From a virus (Duplodnaviria > Heunggongvirae > Uroviricota > Caudoviricetes): a stretch of 57,747 bases of DNA. The notes below the pieces were generated by a model, which was given only the letters and a program-made list of their open reading frames with translations, was not told where the DNA came from and did not search any database. Shown here piece by piece: positions 1 to 8,911 of the stretch. The position numbers and the translations under genes were made by a program. Within the stretch, counting starts at the first letter, position 1. Every line of letters begins with the position of its first letter. Where the stretch lies: the IMG/VR virus record IMGVR_UViG_2917393062_000003, positions 1 through 57,747 of that record; one strand, written 5' to 3'.

Positions 1-357
1 ATGAATGAGAGAATTGATCAGGTATACAATCACCTGTCTGATGTCAAAAATGACGCGTCTCTCGCATGCGCAGTTACTCGTATGGAAACAACGTTATCTG
101 GTATCGAGCAAAAAATGTCCTCACTGGACAGTATCAATAAGACACTTGCTGAGCATTCCCATAAATTGTCTGAGTTAGCTCAAATAGACAAAAAGCTCGA
201 AAAACTCGATGACATAGATGATACCATTAGAAAAGCAAAGGTTTATATCGGCGTGAGTCTGGCGGTGATTTCATTCTGTGCTGGTGTAACTTGGTGGCTT
301 TTTGGCAGTTATCTTGGAAAGGTGATCGAGGCGCTGAATGCGCTTGTCCTGAAATAA
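1..357 (+). CDS. hypothetical coiled-coil protein with C-terminal hydrophobic segment (left flank, phage-like)
   Basis: ORF track 118 aa; ends with a TM-like stretch VSLAVISFCAGVTWWLFG; followed by an intrinsic terminator. Confidence 0.4.
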   Translation: MNERIDQVYNHLSDVKNDASLACAVTRMETTLSGIEQKMSSLDSINKTLAEHSHKLSELAQIDKKLEKLDDIDDTIRKAKVYIGVSLAVISFCAGVTWWLFGSYLGKVIEALNALVLK

Positions 358-365
358 TTCCTAAC

Positions 366-390
366 CCCGGCTATGCCGGGGTTTTTGCAT
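366..390 (+). terminator. rho-independent terminator
   Basis: hairpin aaccccggc-tatg-ccggggtt followed by a T-run. Confidence 0.6.
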
Positions 391-393
391 TAG

Positions 394-951
394 CTAAAGC
401 GACATTAACCTTTCCAACAGTTGCTCCTTACGGGCAACTATCCAGCCTTGCTGTTCCAGATAAAACTTAAAACGCTCCAGGGTACACACCATTGCGTCGG
501 CTGGGACTTTTTCCGTGAACTCAACCTGACCGTGGCTATTGAAATGGATCAGCAATGCGCATCCATCATTTTCGATGGGGGAGTTTTGCGCTGCTGGTGG
601 TTGTTTCTGACTGAAATAACAATCTTCCAGTTTTTCGAACACTTCCCACGCCTGATCGGTTTCGAGCATTTTGGCATGGCGGGCAGCGCCTCGTTCCGTC
701 CAGAGGATGAGGGAGCGGGTTTTGGGGGAAATTTGCAGGTAACTAAAAGTTACTCGCAAATTTTTCAGATCATCGCCAACGACTTTGAAATAATGCTTCC
801 CTTCCAGAAAACGAGTTTGATTACGTGAATGATTCATTTTTATGTTGGCAACATCCGTTCCATAAAGATGCGCCAATAGCTCGGTGGTTATGACAGGGAT
901 CTGGTTGTGGGTAATCGGGGAAAGAGTTTCAACTGCGATTTTGGTGGCCAT
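394..951 (-). CDS. ORF6N/KilA-C-like antirepressor-type protein (paralog of 13676-14221)
   Basis: 185 aa; motif LILWTERGAARHAKMLETDQAWEVFEKLED shared with the second copy at 13676-14221. Confidence 0.6.
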   Translation of the reverse strand: MATKIAVETLSPITHNQIPVITTELLAHLYGTDVANIKMNHSRNQTRFLEGKHYFKVVGDDLKNLRVTFSYLQISPKTRSLILWTERGAARHAKMLETDQAWEVFEKLEDCYFSQKQPPAAQNSPIENDGCALLIHFNSHGQVEFTEKVPADAMVCTLERFKFYLEQQGWIVARKEQLLERLMSL

Positions 952-1104
952 AAGATGATCCTTTTTCTTTGTGAATCATCACCACCTGCGACGCCAATCG
1001 CTTGGTGGTGAACTGTGCAGGGTTGGCGTAACCGGGAAAAAGGAACCGGCGCGGATTGCTCCGCCCCCACACAGCCCACCATTGAGATGTGACTGTGCAA
1101 ACGA

Positions 1105-1130
1105 CAATAAAAAAGACGCTGGCGCGTCTG
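1105..1130 (-). terminator. putative intrinsic terminator downstream of int
   Basis: minus-strand hairpin agacgc-gcca-gcgtct followed by T-run. Confidence 0.4.
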
Positions 1131-1215
1131 TTGTCGCCTTTTTCATCCGGGACGCCAATCCCGATACCAGATTTTGCTGGCATGTGCAGACTATAATCCC
1201 GGATGGTTATTTTTG

Positions 1216-2334
1216 TCAAACAACCAACTTAACCCATTCCTGACCTCGAGTATCGTTATAGCGATCGGTGGTTGCCTGGACTTTATGTCCCAGTAATGTT
1301 TTTGTATCGATACCCTGCGCACGGTACAGCCGTTCTGACAGGGAGCGTTGTTCATGAAATGTTGGTGGTGTTTTTCCTGCTGGTGGAGTTATTCCTGCCA
1401 GATCCCGCGCTTTAGCAAAGTAGTCGCTCAGGTTATCTTTACTCATTGGTTTTGGTTGTTTCTGGTGCCGGCTATGAATCAGGTATGGACTCAATATTCT
1501 GTCCCTGCATCCATCAATCACTTCTTTTAGCGATATCCCAATGGCATCACAGCGTAGCGTCAGCGGTAACGCCAGACGCATTCCAGTTTTTCCCTGGGTA
1601 ATATGCAGGTGTTCGTTCCACACATCTGAAAAACACATGTGGCAAATGTCATCACGGCGCTGACCAGTAACAATCGCAAGAAGCATTGCGTTACGGATAA
1701 AGTGTTTTTCAGGCGTTGCGTTGTAAATTTTTTGCCAGTCTTCCAGAGTGAGCCTGGCTCTGGTTACTTTAGGGATCGGTTTACGGGTAGCCTCCGGAGG
1801 ATTCCATCCGGGAGGGACTTCCCCTGCATGCTGTGCTTCTTTATAAATATCAACCCATAATCCGCGATTTACTCTCGCTGTGCTCACCATGTCTTTATCC
1901 AGCCACTCGTCCAGTATCAATGCAAAGTCTCTTACTTCCAGCTCTTTCAGTGGGTGGTTTCCCAGGCGGGAAACCAGGTATGCAGCCATTCGCGATTTTT
2001 CTTTGTGGGTTGTAGCTGCAATATCTCCATTTTTCAGTCGTGTGTCCTGTATTTTCAGATATCGATCAACCCATGCTTTTAATCTGATACCCCGACGTTT
2101 TGTTGCTGACGGACTTTCGTCAATTTTGCGCATGAAATATTCTGCTTCTGCTGCAGCTATTCGCTGATTGGCTGTGGAAGCGATTTTTTCCGCCTTGCCT
2201 TTGTCTGTTCCGAGCCCGTGAAATTTTCCAGTCACAGGGTTTTTATACTGGTAGTAAACCCTGCCAGTTCTGCGATCAAACTTTTCGTAAAGACCGGCAA
2301 CGTCAGTGCTGTTTTTTCGTGGCCTCGGTGACAT
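1216..2334 (-). CDS. int: tyrosine integrase, lambda Int family
   Basis: 372 aa; motifs LAIVTGQRRDDI, PPTFHEQRSLSERLY, GQEW matching lambda Int catalytic region. Confidence 0.9.
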   Translation of the reverse strand: MSPRPRKNSTDVAGLYEKFDRRTGRVYYQYKNPVTGKFHGLGTDKGKAEKIASTANQRIAAAEAEYFMRKIDESPSATKRRGIRLKAWVDRYLKIQDTRLKNGDIAATTHKEKSRMAAYLVSRLGNHPLKELEVRDFALILDEWLDKDMVSTARVNRGLWVDIYKEAQHAGEVPPGWNPPEATRKPIPKVTRARLTLEDWQKIYNATPEKHFIRNAMLLAIVTGQRRDDICHMCFSDVWNEHLHITQGKTGMRLALPLTLRCDAIGISLKEVIDGCRDRILSPYLIHSRHQKQPKPMSKDNLSDYFAKARDLAGITPPAGKTPPTFHEQRSLSERLYRAQGIDTKTLLGHKVQATTDRYNDTRGQEWVKLVV

Positions 2335-2572
2335 GAGTTAAAATCTCCTTCAGTGCATCATCATCGCCAGTATGAATTTCCGGCGCAATTCCCGTTTCAC
2401 CAGGTCCAACAAATACTGCCCGGCGATCTATCAGCCAACGTCCACGAATTTTTTGTGGTCTTGGTACGATATATCCAAGTTTTCCGTATTTCACCAGGGT
2501 AGTGTTTGTTATTGGGAGACTGAACCGTTTAGGTTTCCACTCGTCGAGCGTTATCAGGTACTGTTCGCTCAT
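2303..2572 (-). CDS. xis: excisionase-like protein
   Basis: about 89 aa directly upstream of int and overlapping it; ATG at 2572 with SD GGAGTG. Confidence 0.6.
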   Translation of the reverse strand: MSEQYLITLDEWKPKRFSLPITNTTLVKYGKLGYIVPRPQKIRGRWLIDRRAVFVGPGETGIAPEIHTGDDDALKEILTHVTEATKKQH

Positions 2573-2633
2573 GGTTATCACTCCGGAACGCGCCAGTTGC
2601 AGAATACCAACGACAACTGGCGACGGTTGAACA

Positions 2634-5114
2634 TTAAAAATCAGCCTGACTCGGGATCAGTTTTTGCCAGATTACTGAAACGTATTTCGCCTGGTGACGG
2701 GCATCATCCAGCGCATTGTGGCGCACGCCTTCAAATGGAATAACTGTTCTGGCATCGAAACCGATAGTTTTTCCCAGTTCAACGATTGTACGTACATCGC
2801 GATCGTTGTAGTAACGCCACGGGCAGGGGATGTTCAGGCGTTCGTACGAGGTTCGTAAAATAGTGTTGTCGAAAGTTGCACCATTGCCCCATACCTGAAC
2901 GAATTTTTCATCCGAGTACTCATTGATGAATTCCCGAAATTGAATAAGAGCGTCAACCAGTTTTACCTGATCAACTAAAATTGCAGATCTGGCTTCGCTG
3001 GACTGAGCAAGCCACCATTCGATGGTGGAACCATCAGGAACAGCCCCCGTGTCCATAGCGTCAACCAGGCTGATAACGATATAAAATGTTGGCCCGATTT
3101 CCCCGGTCTGCGGATCGAAGAACACAGCACCAATAACCACGATGGGGGCATTACTTTTTTTACCCATCGTTTCAAGGTCGATCATCAGGTGGTACCACAC
3201 TCTGCTGGTGGATGTGATAACGTGATGACCGTTCACCGCAATTAAGGGATCTGCTGTCTCGCCAGTTTCGCTATCGCTGGCGTGGTCCTGATAGCTGCCA
3301 GCATTCTCTTTGTGTGGATGTTCAGCGCCTTCCATTTCCTCCGGATCGTCTTCCTGAACTTCAACCTGATTCTCGTCATCGAATGTTTCCTGGTATGTTG
3401 CGTCGCCCATCACCGCGCCACAATCAGGGCAGTTGCCGCCACCGCTCTGGCCGCAGGCGGTGCAGACTTTTTCCGGCTTCTGTTGCGCTACTGGTTCAGG
3501 CTGTTTCGTTTCTGGCTCGTTTTGTTGCGCATTTGGGCTGTTTTGTTCCGCTTTCTGGTCGTTCTGTTCCGTTTCTTGCTGGTTCTGGTACACAGAATCG
3601 CGGGTCTGGATCCCATTAACCCATTTCGGATCATTCGGGTCGCTAATCCCTGCAACAAATTCACCACGTGATACTGCAAGCAGTTCATCGGCGTCAGGCT
3701 GGCTGATATTGGCTGCCTGCATAATTTTGTTTACTTCGTCAGCGGTAACTTTTACCGACTCTGGTTGTGCGATCGTGTCAGATGCACCAGTATTTTGTTG
3801 TGAACCTGAGTATGTACCGTTTTTGCGGGCAAAATATTCTTCTTTCGTGATTTCAGTAGCTCCCAAGGCCAGCGCTTTTTCCAGACCAGAAAGTTTGTTT
3901 GCGCGACCGTATTTTTCGCCGTCCTTATCGGTGAAAAGGAAGTAGAACGGCCCCTCACGCTCTACAGATGGTTCAGTTTCCAGCGTGCTTTCATTTTTTT
4001 GGGTATCAGATACTTCAGTTTCCACTGCATCAGTTTGTGCTGCTGACGGCTGGAGAATATCAGCAGTGTTCTGGTCTGTTTCTTCATCCTCAAACACGCC
4101 CTTTGTCGCCAGGTATTCAGTGATGTATTTGTTCAGTGCCACGGGATCTTTGTGAATGTCGAGCGGACGCTCACGGACAAGACCAAAAATAGTCTGACGG
4201 TTATAGCGAATGGCATCAGGCTGTTTGCGCATTGATGCGGAAATGCGCTTCCAGTCTTCGCGGTCTTTGGCGATAACTTCATTTTCTGCCCAGCGAAGGA
4301 TGTTACCGTCAATGCTTCCGGGGTCCGTATCACCAGGCCAGAGATAGCAGGCCAGCTCCCTGTCCAGCGCTTTCCATGTCTGCTTATATTCGCGACGAAT
4401 GGCATCAGTGGCAGGGTTGATTTTTTCTGCTGAATTTTCGGTGTTCTGTCGGTTGGTTCTGGCGCGGGCGAGATCAACAACAGACGTGTATTTCCCGGTT
4501 TCTTTGCGTTCGGCTTCGCGACGTTTTTTCCAGATGCGCATCTCCGCCTGAATTTCGGGCCATTTGGCACCTGGATTACATTTATGTTTAACCCACCCGA
4601 TGGCGAGCAGCTTAAGCTCTGAATACATGACGTTAACTTCAGGCATTTTCATCAGTGCCTCAACGATATGCCCGTCGAATGTTGCCATGTCCTCCTGCAA
4701 CAATTCCTGTGCACTAATCACCATATCAACGGTGATGTTTTCACATGTACCGAACTTAACCAGGACCGCGTTCTGTACTTCAAGGGACAGCTTGTCAAAA
4801 TTGACGTTCATCGGATCGGATTCTGGTTCGACCGGAATAAAGGAAGCGGATTCCTCATCCCAGCGGTTTTCCTGCATATATTCGGTATCCCAGGAGTCGA
4901 TAGCAGGGCGGGGCATGCCGGGTTTATCCTCGCAGACAAGAAATTTATAAGCGCAGTCCTGAGCAGCCGGATATTGCTCCAGGAATTGCCAGGTAAATTT
5001 GGCACGGGCGCGGCGTTCGTCACCGGCTTCAATGGCAGTGGCTACAGCAACTGCACCTTCTTCCTTTATTGCCTGTTCGTCCGGAATGGCGGCGCAAATA
5101 AAGACTTTACTCAT
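2634..5114 (-). CDS. RecE-like (exonuclease VIII family) protein with C-terminal DEDDh 3'-5' exonuclease domain
   Basis: 826 aa; central region LLAVSRGEFVAGISDPNDPKWVNGIQTRD...CTACGQSGGGNCPDCGAVMGDATYQETFD recalled from Rac RecE; C-terminus carries DEDDh motifs (MIDLETMG, WGNGATFDNTILR, HNALDDARH). Confidence 0.7.
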   Translation of the reverse strand: MSKVFICAAIPDEQAIKEEGAVAVATAIEAGDERRARAKFTWQFLEQYPAAQDCAYKFLVCEDKPGMPRPAIDSWDTEYMQENRWDEESASFIPVEPESDPMNVNFDKLSLEVQNAVLVKFGTCENITVDMVISAQELLQEDMATFDGHIVEALMKMPEVNVMYSELKLLAIGWVKHKCNPGAKWPEIQAEMRIWKKRREAERKETGKYTSVVDLARARTNRQNTENSAEKINPATDAIRREYKQTWKALDRELACYLWPGDTDPGSIDGNILRWAENEVIAKDREDWKRISASMRKQPDAIRYNRQTIFGLVRERPLDIHKDPVALNKYITEYLATKGVFEDEETDQNTADILQPSAAQTDAVETEVSDTQKNESTLETEPSVEREGPFYFLFTDKDGEKYGRANKLSGLEKALALGATEITKEEYFARKNGTYSGSQQNTGASDTIAQPESVKVTADEVNKIMQAANISQPDADELLAVSRGEFVAGISDPNDPKWVNGIQTRDSVYQNQQETEQNDQKAEQNSPNAQQNEPETKQPEPVAQQKPEKVCTACGQSGGGNCPDCGAVMGDATYQETFDDENQVEVQEDDPEEMEGAEHPHKENAGSYQDHASDSETGETADPLIAVNGHHVITSTSRVWYHLMIDLETMGKKSNAPIVVIGAVFFDPQTGEIGPTFYIVISLVDAMDTGAVPDGSTIEWWLAQSSEARSAILVDQVKLVDALIQFREFINEYSDEKFVQVWGNGATFDNTILRTSYERLNIPCPWRYYNDRDVRTIVELGKTIGFDARTVIPFEGVRHNALDDARHQAKYVSVIWQKLIPSQADF

Positions 5115-5194
5115 TTTGTTTTAACCTCATTACAGATTTAAGGGTGAACAAATCCATGCCATTGCTGGCATATAAAAATGAAACTGGATATTAA

Positions 5195-5395
5195 TTACGG
5201 CGCTGTTTTAAGTCCTGCCGGGATTTCGTTATTATCCAGGGGAATAACTTTATCGACCGGATAGCAGTTGCCGGGAATTTTCTGTTCTGCTGCGGCAGCC
5301 GTGCATTCTTTCATTGAACCATATATACCAGTAACCACATCAACCGGTTCGCCCGTATTAAGAAAAACAGTCAGGACGAGTGCAAATACTGTATT
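5195..5395 (-). CDS. small secreted/exported protein (signal peptide-like N-terminus)
   Basis: start MNTVFALVLTVFL with SD AAGGA 8 nt upstream; ATGA overlap with upstream ORF. Confidence 0.45.
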   Translation of the reverse strand, partial: NTVFALVLTVFLNTGEPVDVVTGIYGSMKECTAAAAEQKIPGNCYPVDKVIPLDNNEIPAGLKTAP

Positions 5396-5583
5396 CATTG
5401 CCAGCATCCTTTTTGTATCGGACGTAAACGTGCCAGCATTGAAAGAATGCAAATTTTATTTAATAACTCCCGTTCGTGTTTTCTCTTATTAATGGCATCT
5501 TCAGTAAATACAGGGTTACTGATTCTGACTCCAATTTCAAAACAACCTTCAGACGTATTAACGTTTGGTAATAACGTTTCCAT
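5395..5583 (-). CDS. hypothetical early-left protein
   Basis: 62 aa ORF, SD GAGGA before ATG, translationally coupled to downstream ORF. Confidence 0.4.
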   Translation of the reverse strand: METLLPNVNTSEGCFEIGVRISNPVFTEDAINKRKHERELLNKICILSMLARLRPIQKGCWQ

Positions 5584-6139
5584 TATCGCGTCCTCAACAA
5601 TGAATTTTGTGATGCGGTGCCTGGTGCCTCCAGGTGACGTTAACCAGTTAACAATTAACGCCGGAGTATTTCACGTTACGCCAGTAAAGGACCGCTTTAC
5701 TGTTTTAACTGTTCCGCGTGCGCTGAGCCGCATTCACCGCGCCACAAAATTCACTTTAAAAAGGGCGGACATCAGCCAGCAATGAAACTGATGCCGCCAA
5801 AAGGTAATCAACATGGGTTGTTGCAGCGGGGTTGTCACTCAGGCGTATGGTCAACCTGACAACCCGGCGTCCTCAACGGGGAAGGAATAACCCCGCCATA
5901 CATACCGCCGCGCCATTTCGCGGAGTGCCACAACCGGAAGCGCACAGACGAAGATGTCAGTGGTACACAACAAAGGGAGGAATGACTTCGCTGTGCGCTT
6001 TCGCGTTATGCCCTGACTTTTCAGGGATATATCCTTTCAGTAAACTGTCAGTGCCGGATGCTCACCCGTGTCCGGCGCACGCACTCCACCTGACCCGTGG
6101 AGAACTCCTTAATTACCAACCCTCAGGAGGGTGAAATTT

Positions 6140-6331
6140 ATGACACAAGAAGAAAAAGTAATGTTTCTTATGCGCCTGGCTGTGGAAACCTTTAACGCCC
6201 ATTGCCAGGTGTCCATTTCACCATCTCACGCCATTTCTCTTGCTACCGAGCAAATGGGGGAGATTGACGTCATTTACGATAAATTTGAAGCATTCCTGGA
6301 TAAGAAGCTTATGGCAGAGAAGCGTCAATAA
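6140..6331 (+). CDS. hypothetical small protein
   Basis: ATG at 6140 with strong SD AGGAGG 9 nt upstream; convergent with and overlapping 6309-6914. Confidence 0.45.
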   Translation: MTQEEKVMFLMRLAVETFNAHCQVSISPSHAISLATEQMGEIDVIYDKFEAFLDKKLMAEKRQ

Positions 6332-6914
6332 TTCTCATTACCCATCGTAAATATACCGGAGTGGGCTTGATGTTGTGTATTTCAAGCTCGCTCTTCATTA
6401 CTTCCAGCAGGTTTGAACTGATAATAAATAAATCAGATTCATCGTTATTATTTTTATCTGCATCCTCTTTTTTTGTTTTCAGCTCTTGCGGTGAATGTTC
6501 GAAAGAAACTTGCAGGGTATTATTTTTAGCATCCACAGAGCCTAAAGTATGTGCGTATGGATGTGCTATTGTGCGCCCTCGCAGATTTGCGTCATTTTCT
6601 AAATTCACTGAACAAAACAGGGCATCAACAAGGCTCTGTACAATGCAAAGGCAATCGAGGGCCGTCGCTGTTTCTGTTTTGATTGATGAAAGAACATGGC
6701 CATTCAGGCAAACAGAAATCACCCGTTCATTAACATCGCTTTCCCGCTTTTGATTATCAGAACCATATAGCCCGGTAAACGCATCGCGCACATTACGAAC
6801 CATATTATCGATGGTTTCTTTTTTTGCGGATTCCGGTTTAATTTCCACCAGGCTATCGCTAAGTGTCGTTGCAGCAATTGTCTGGATTTCTTTTGGTAAA
6901 TCTTTAAATTCCAT
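6309..6914 (-). CDS. hypothetical protein, AT-rich moron-like gene
   Basis: 201 aa; SD GAGG; 3' part encoded by markedly AT-rich DNA unlike neighbours. Confidence 0.5.
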   Translation of the reverse strand: MEFKDLPKEIQTIAATTLSDSLVEIKPESAKKETIDNMVRNVRDAFTGLYGSDNQKRESDVNERVISVCLNGHVLSSIKTETATALDCLCIVQSLVDALFCSVNLENDANLRGRTIAHPYAHTLGSVDAKNNTLQVSFEHSPQELKTKKEDADKNNNDESDLFIISSNLLEVMKSELEIHNIKPTPVYLRWVMRIIDASLP

Positions 6915-6936
6915 TATTAGCCTCGTTGGTCAGCTA

Positions 6937-7155
6937 TTAACGTGGGTATGTAATCATTCTGGCAATGCTTAATGCCGCTGCTTTTTCCAGCCTGGTGATA
7001 TCCTGCTCCAGAGCGGACAGATTTTCAGCTTGCTTAGCCCTGGCTTCATTGGCCCACTTCAGGTCCTGCGCTGCCGTAATTTTCTGGCGCATCCACTCAT
7101 AAAGTTCATCATCGGTATAGTCTGGCGCGATGATGACGGGTTCTCGTTTCTGCAT
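6937..7155 (-). CDS. hypothetical small coiled-coil protein
   Basis: 72 aa; SD GAGGAA 6 nt upstream. Confidence 0.45.
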   Translation of the reverse strand: MQKREPVIIAPDYTDDELYEWMRQKITAAQDLKWANEARAKQAENLSALEQDITRLEKAAALSIARMITYPR

Positions 7156-7184
7156 ACTGATTCCTCGCGGTGCTGTTTCGCTTA

Positions 7185-7313
7185 TCAGCCGTTAGATTTT
7201 GCCGAACTGGAAAGCGCCTGTTTAAACTCACTGAAGCTGAGAGCTTCTTCGCCTTCGGCAAGGCCTTCGAAGTATTCTTCGTAAGCCTTTTCCATGATTG
7301 CGTCGAAATCCAT
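7185..7313 (-). CDS. hypothetical small acidic protein (42 aa)
   Basis: manual translation MDFDAIMEKAYEEYFEGLAEGEEALSFSEFKQALSSSAKSNG; SD AGGTGA; not in ORF track because under 60 aa. Confidence 0.3.
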   Translation of the reverse strand: MDFDAIMEKAYEEYFEGLAEGEEALSFSEFKQALSSSAKSNG

Positions 7314-7314
7314 A

Positions 7315-7470
7315 TCACTCACCTGAATTTCTTTCCAGCCAGCGACGTGCGCCAGTTTCGGTTTTAAACGTTTTGCTTTTGGTATACGTCATCGCGGTGA
7401 ATGTGCCGTCCTGGTTGGGAAACACGCCGTATACCAGAGATTCGTTGTTACCAAGATCGATAGTATCCAT
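7315..7470 (-). CDS. hypothetical small protein (first gene of leftward early operon)
   Basis: start MDTIDLG with SD GAGG; the longer track ORF start at 7563 lies inside the predicted promoter. Confidence 0.4.
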   Translation of the reverse strand: MDTIDLGNNESLVYGVFPNQDGTFTAMTYTKSKTFKTETGARRWLERNSGE

Positions 7471-7547
7471 GTTGACCTCATTTCCCCTTAACGCCAGGGT
7501 GGCGGAACTGTTTGCTGAGAACACCGTGCGGTGTCTTGATGGAAGAT

Positions 7548-7599
7548 AATTTAGTTTTCTCATGGTAATAGGTCAAGTGTTTTTGATGAGAAAACTCAA
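7548..7599 (-). promoter_or_regulatory. leftward early promoter (PL-like) with operator palindromes
   Basis: minus-strand -35 TTGACC (7571-7576), 17-nt spacer, -10 TAAATT (7548-7553); operator ATGAGAAAACTCAA at 7586-7599 and a related copy at 7550-7563. Confidence 0.45.
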
Positions 7600-7663
7600 T
7601 GTTTAATGCAAAACAAAGCCAATACATTGAAATGTAAGGCTTTAAAATTTGTGAAGGAGTGGG

Positions 7664-8071
7664 TTATTGATGTTTGTTACGTTTGCGAGCTTCTAGTAGC
7701 TCGGTAAATAGGCGATTAAAATTCTCAACACGGGCACGGAGTTCGCTGATTTGTGCTTGCTGCTCTGATTTTGGAAGTGCGCGATACAATCGCAACATCT
7801 CCAACTCATCTTCCGATAAGTCTAAGGAGCTGTTGAGTGCAACTGGGGGCTCTGGTGTTTTATCCTCGTCACCAAACAGTATCCAGGTTGGTGAACATTG
7901 CAATACCTCAGCCAGGCGATGCAAATTTTGCCCGCGCGGGGCTGTATGGTCGCTTTCCCATAGTGAAATTGATGAGCCAGATACGCCAGCAGCCTTGCTT
8001 AAATCGTTTTGACTTAAACCAACCTGTTTGCGTCTTTCTCTAATTCGTTGACCTAAAGTTTTCTCGTTCAT
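7664..8071 (-). CDS. DicA/RacR-like HTH_XRE prophage repressor
   Basis: 135 aa; N-terminal HTH; LQCSPTWILFGDEDK motif recalled from DicA. Confidence 0.75.
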   Translation of the reverse strand: MNEKTLGQRIRERRKQVGLSQNDLSKAAGVSGSSISLWESDHTAPRGQNLHRLAEVLQCSPTWILFGDEDKTPEPPVALNSSLDLSEDELEMLRLYRALPKSEQQAQISELRARVENFNRLFTELLEARKRNKHQ

Positions 8072-8092
8072 ATTTAGATATCTTAATAACCC

Positions 8093-8136
8093 TTGACTTG
8101 AGATTCCTTGAGTGATTACTATTGAGAAAACTCAAC
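8093..8136 (+). promoter_or_regulatory. rightward early promoter (PR-like) with operator palindrome
   Basis: -35 TTGACT (8093-8098), 17-nt spacer, -10 TTACTA; 14-bp palindrome TTGAGAAAACTCAA at 8123-8136. Confidence 0.5.
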
Positions 8137-8148
8137 TTTGGAGGGGCG

Positions 8149-8376
8149 ATGTTTAAATCGGACGTAATTAATTTTTATGGGACGAAAGCCAAAGTAGCGA
8201 AAGCTGCTGGTGTTGATCCATCTGCTGTTTCTCAATGGGGGGAACTGGTTCCTGAAGGCCGCGCGATGCGCCTGCAAGAGGCATCCGGCGGGGAACTTCA
8301 GTACGACCCCAAAGTTTATGACGAATATCGTAAGGCAAAGCGGGCGGGGCGGTTGAACAATGAAAATCACCCCTGA
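8149..8376 (+). CDS. DicC/YdaS-like Cro-type regulator
   Basis: divergent from repressor; ATG at 8149 with SD GGAGGGG; motif GRAMRLQEASGGELQYDP. Confidence 0.6.
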   Translation: MFKSDVINFYGTKAKVAKAAGVDPSAVSQWGELVPEGRAMRLQEASGGELQYDPKVYDEYRKAKRAGRLNNENHP

Positions 8377-8911
8377 ACAGGTTTGTGAAGCTCTGGATGC
8401 CTGGGTATGCCGACCAGGAATGACACAGGAGCAGGCGACGATATTAATCACAGAAGCCTTCTGGGCACTGAAAGAACGCCCGAACATCGATGTTCAACGT
8501 GTCACGTTTGATGATGGCGCGGTTGATCAACGGGCGCTTGGTGTTAACCGGGTGAAGATATTCGAACGCTGGAAAGCTATCGACACCAGGGATAAGCGTG
8601 AAAAATTCACGGCGCTGATTCCGGCAATTATGGAGGCTATCCGGATAAGTGATTTCTGGTTGTATCGTGAAATTACTGACGGAAAAAGCATTACGTACAT
8701 GATCGCCGGGTTAAACAAAGAATATGGCGATGTGGTTGAGTCCGGTCTGCTTTTGGCAGATCCCGCTGTTGTGGAACGTGAGACTGACGAGCTTATAGAA
8801 AAAGCTATTGCTTTCAAGCATGCGTATCGTCAGCAATACCAACATTACTTTGCAGATAAACAAATGTCTGCCTGGGGTTCGTATGAGTATCGATGCACTA
8901 CGATGGGCTAA
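8360..8911 (+). CDS. hypothetical protein at the YdaT position of Rac-like early regions
   Basis: 183 aa; call is by gene order only (repressor, Cro-like, this ORF, O-like). Confidence 0.4.
   Translation: MKITPEQVCEALDAWVCRPGMTQEQATILITEAFWALKERPNIDVQRVTFDDGAVDQRALGVNRVKIFERWKAIDTRDKREKFTALIPAIMEAIRISDFWLYREITDGKSITYMIAGLNKEYGDVVESGLLLADPAVVERETDELIEKAIAFKHAYRQQYQHYFADKQMSAWGSYEYRCTTMG

Noticed and set aside
952-1215. tRNA gene at the prophage left attachment site
   Set aside because: No cloverleaf-compatible sequence was evident by eye; lambda-family integrases often use non-tRNA sites. The att core could not be defined without the right end of the prophage.
3282-3945. Several 100-170 aa plus-strand ORFs inside the RecE-like gene
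   Set aside because: Antisense to a long, well-supported coding region; repetitive Cys/Phe/Leu-rich translations typical of shadow ORFs.
7109-7318. 69-aa highly basic minus-strand ORF
   Set aside because: A different frame in the same interval gives a better small ORF (7185-7313) with an SD; this one is Arg/Lys-rich junk with no RBS.
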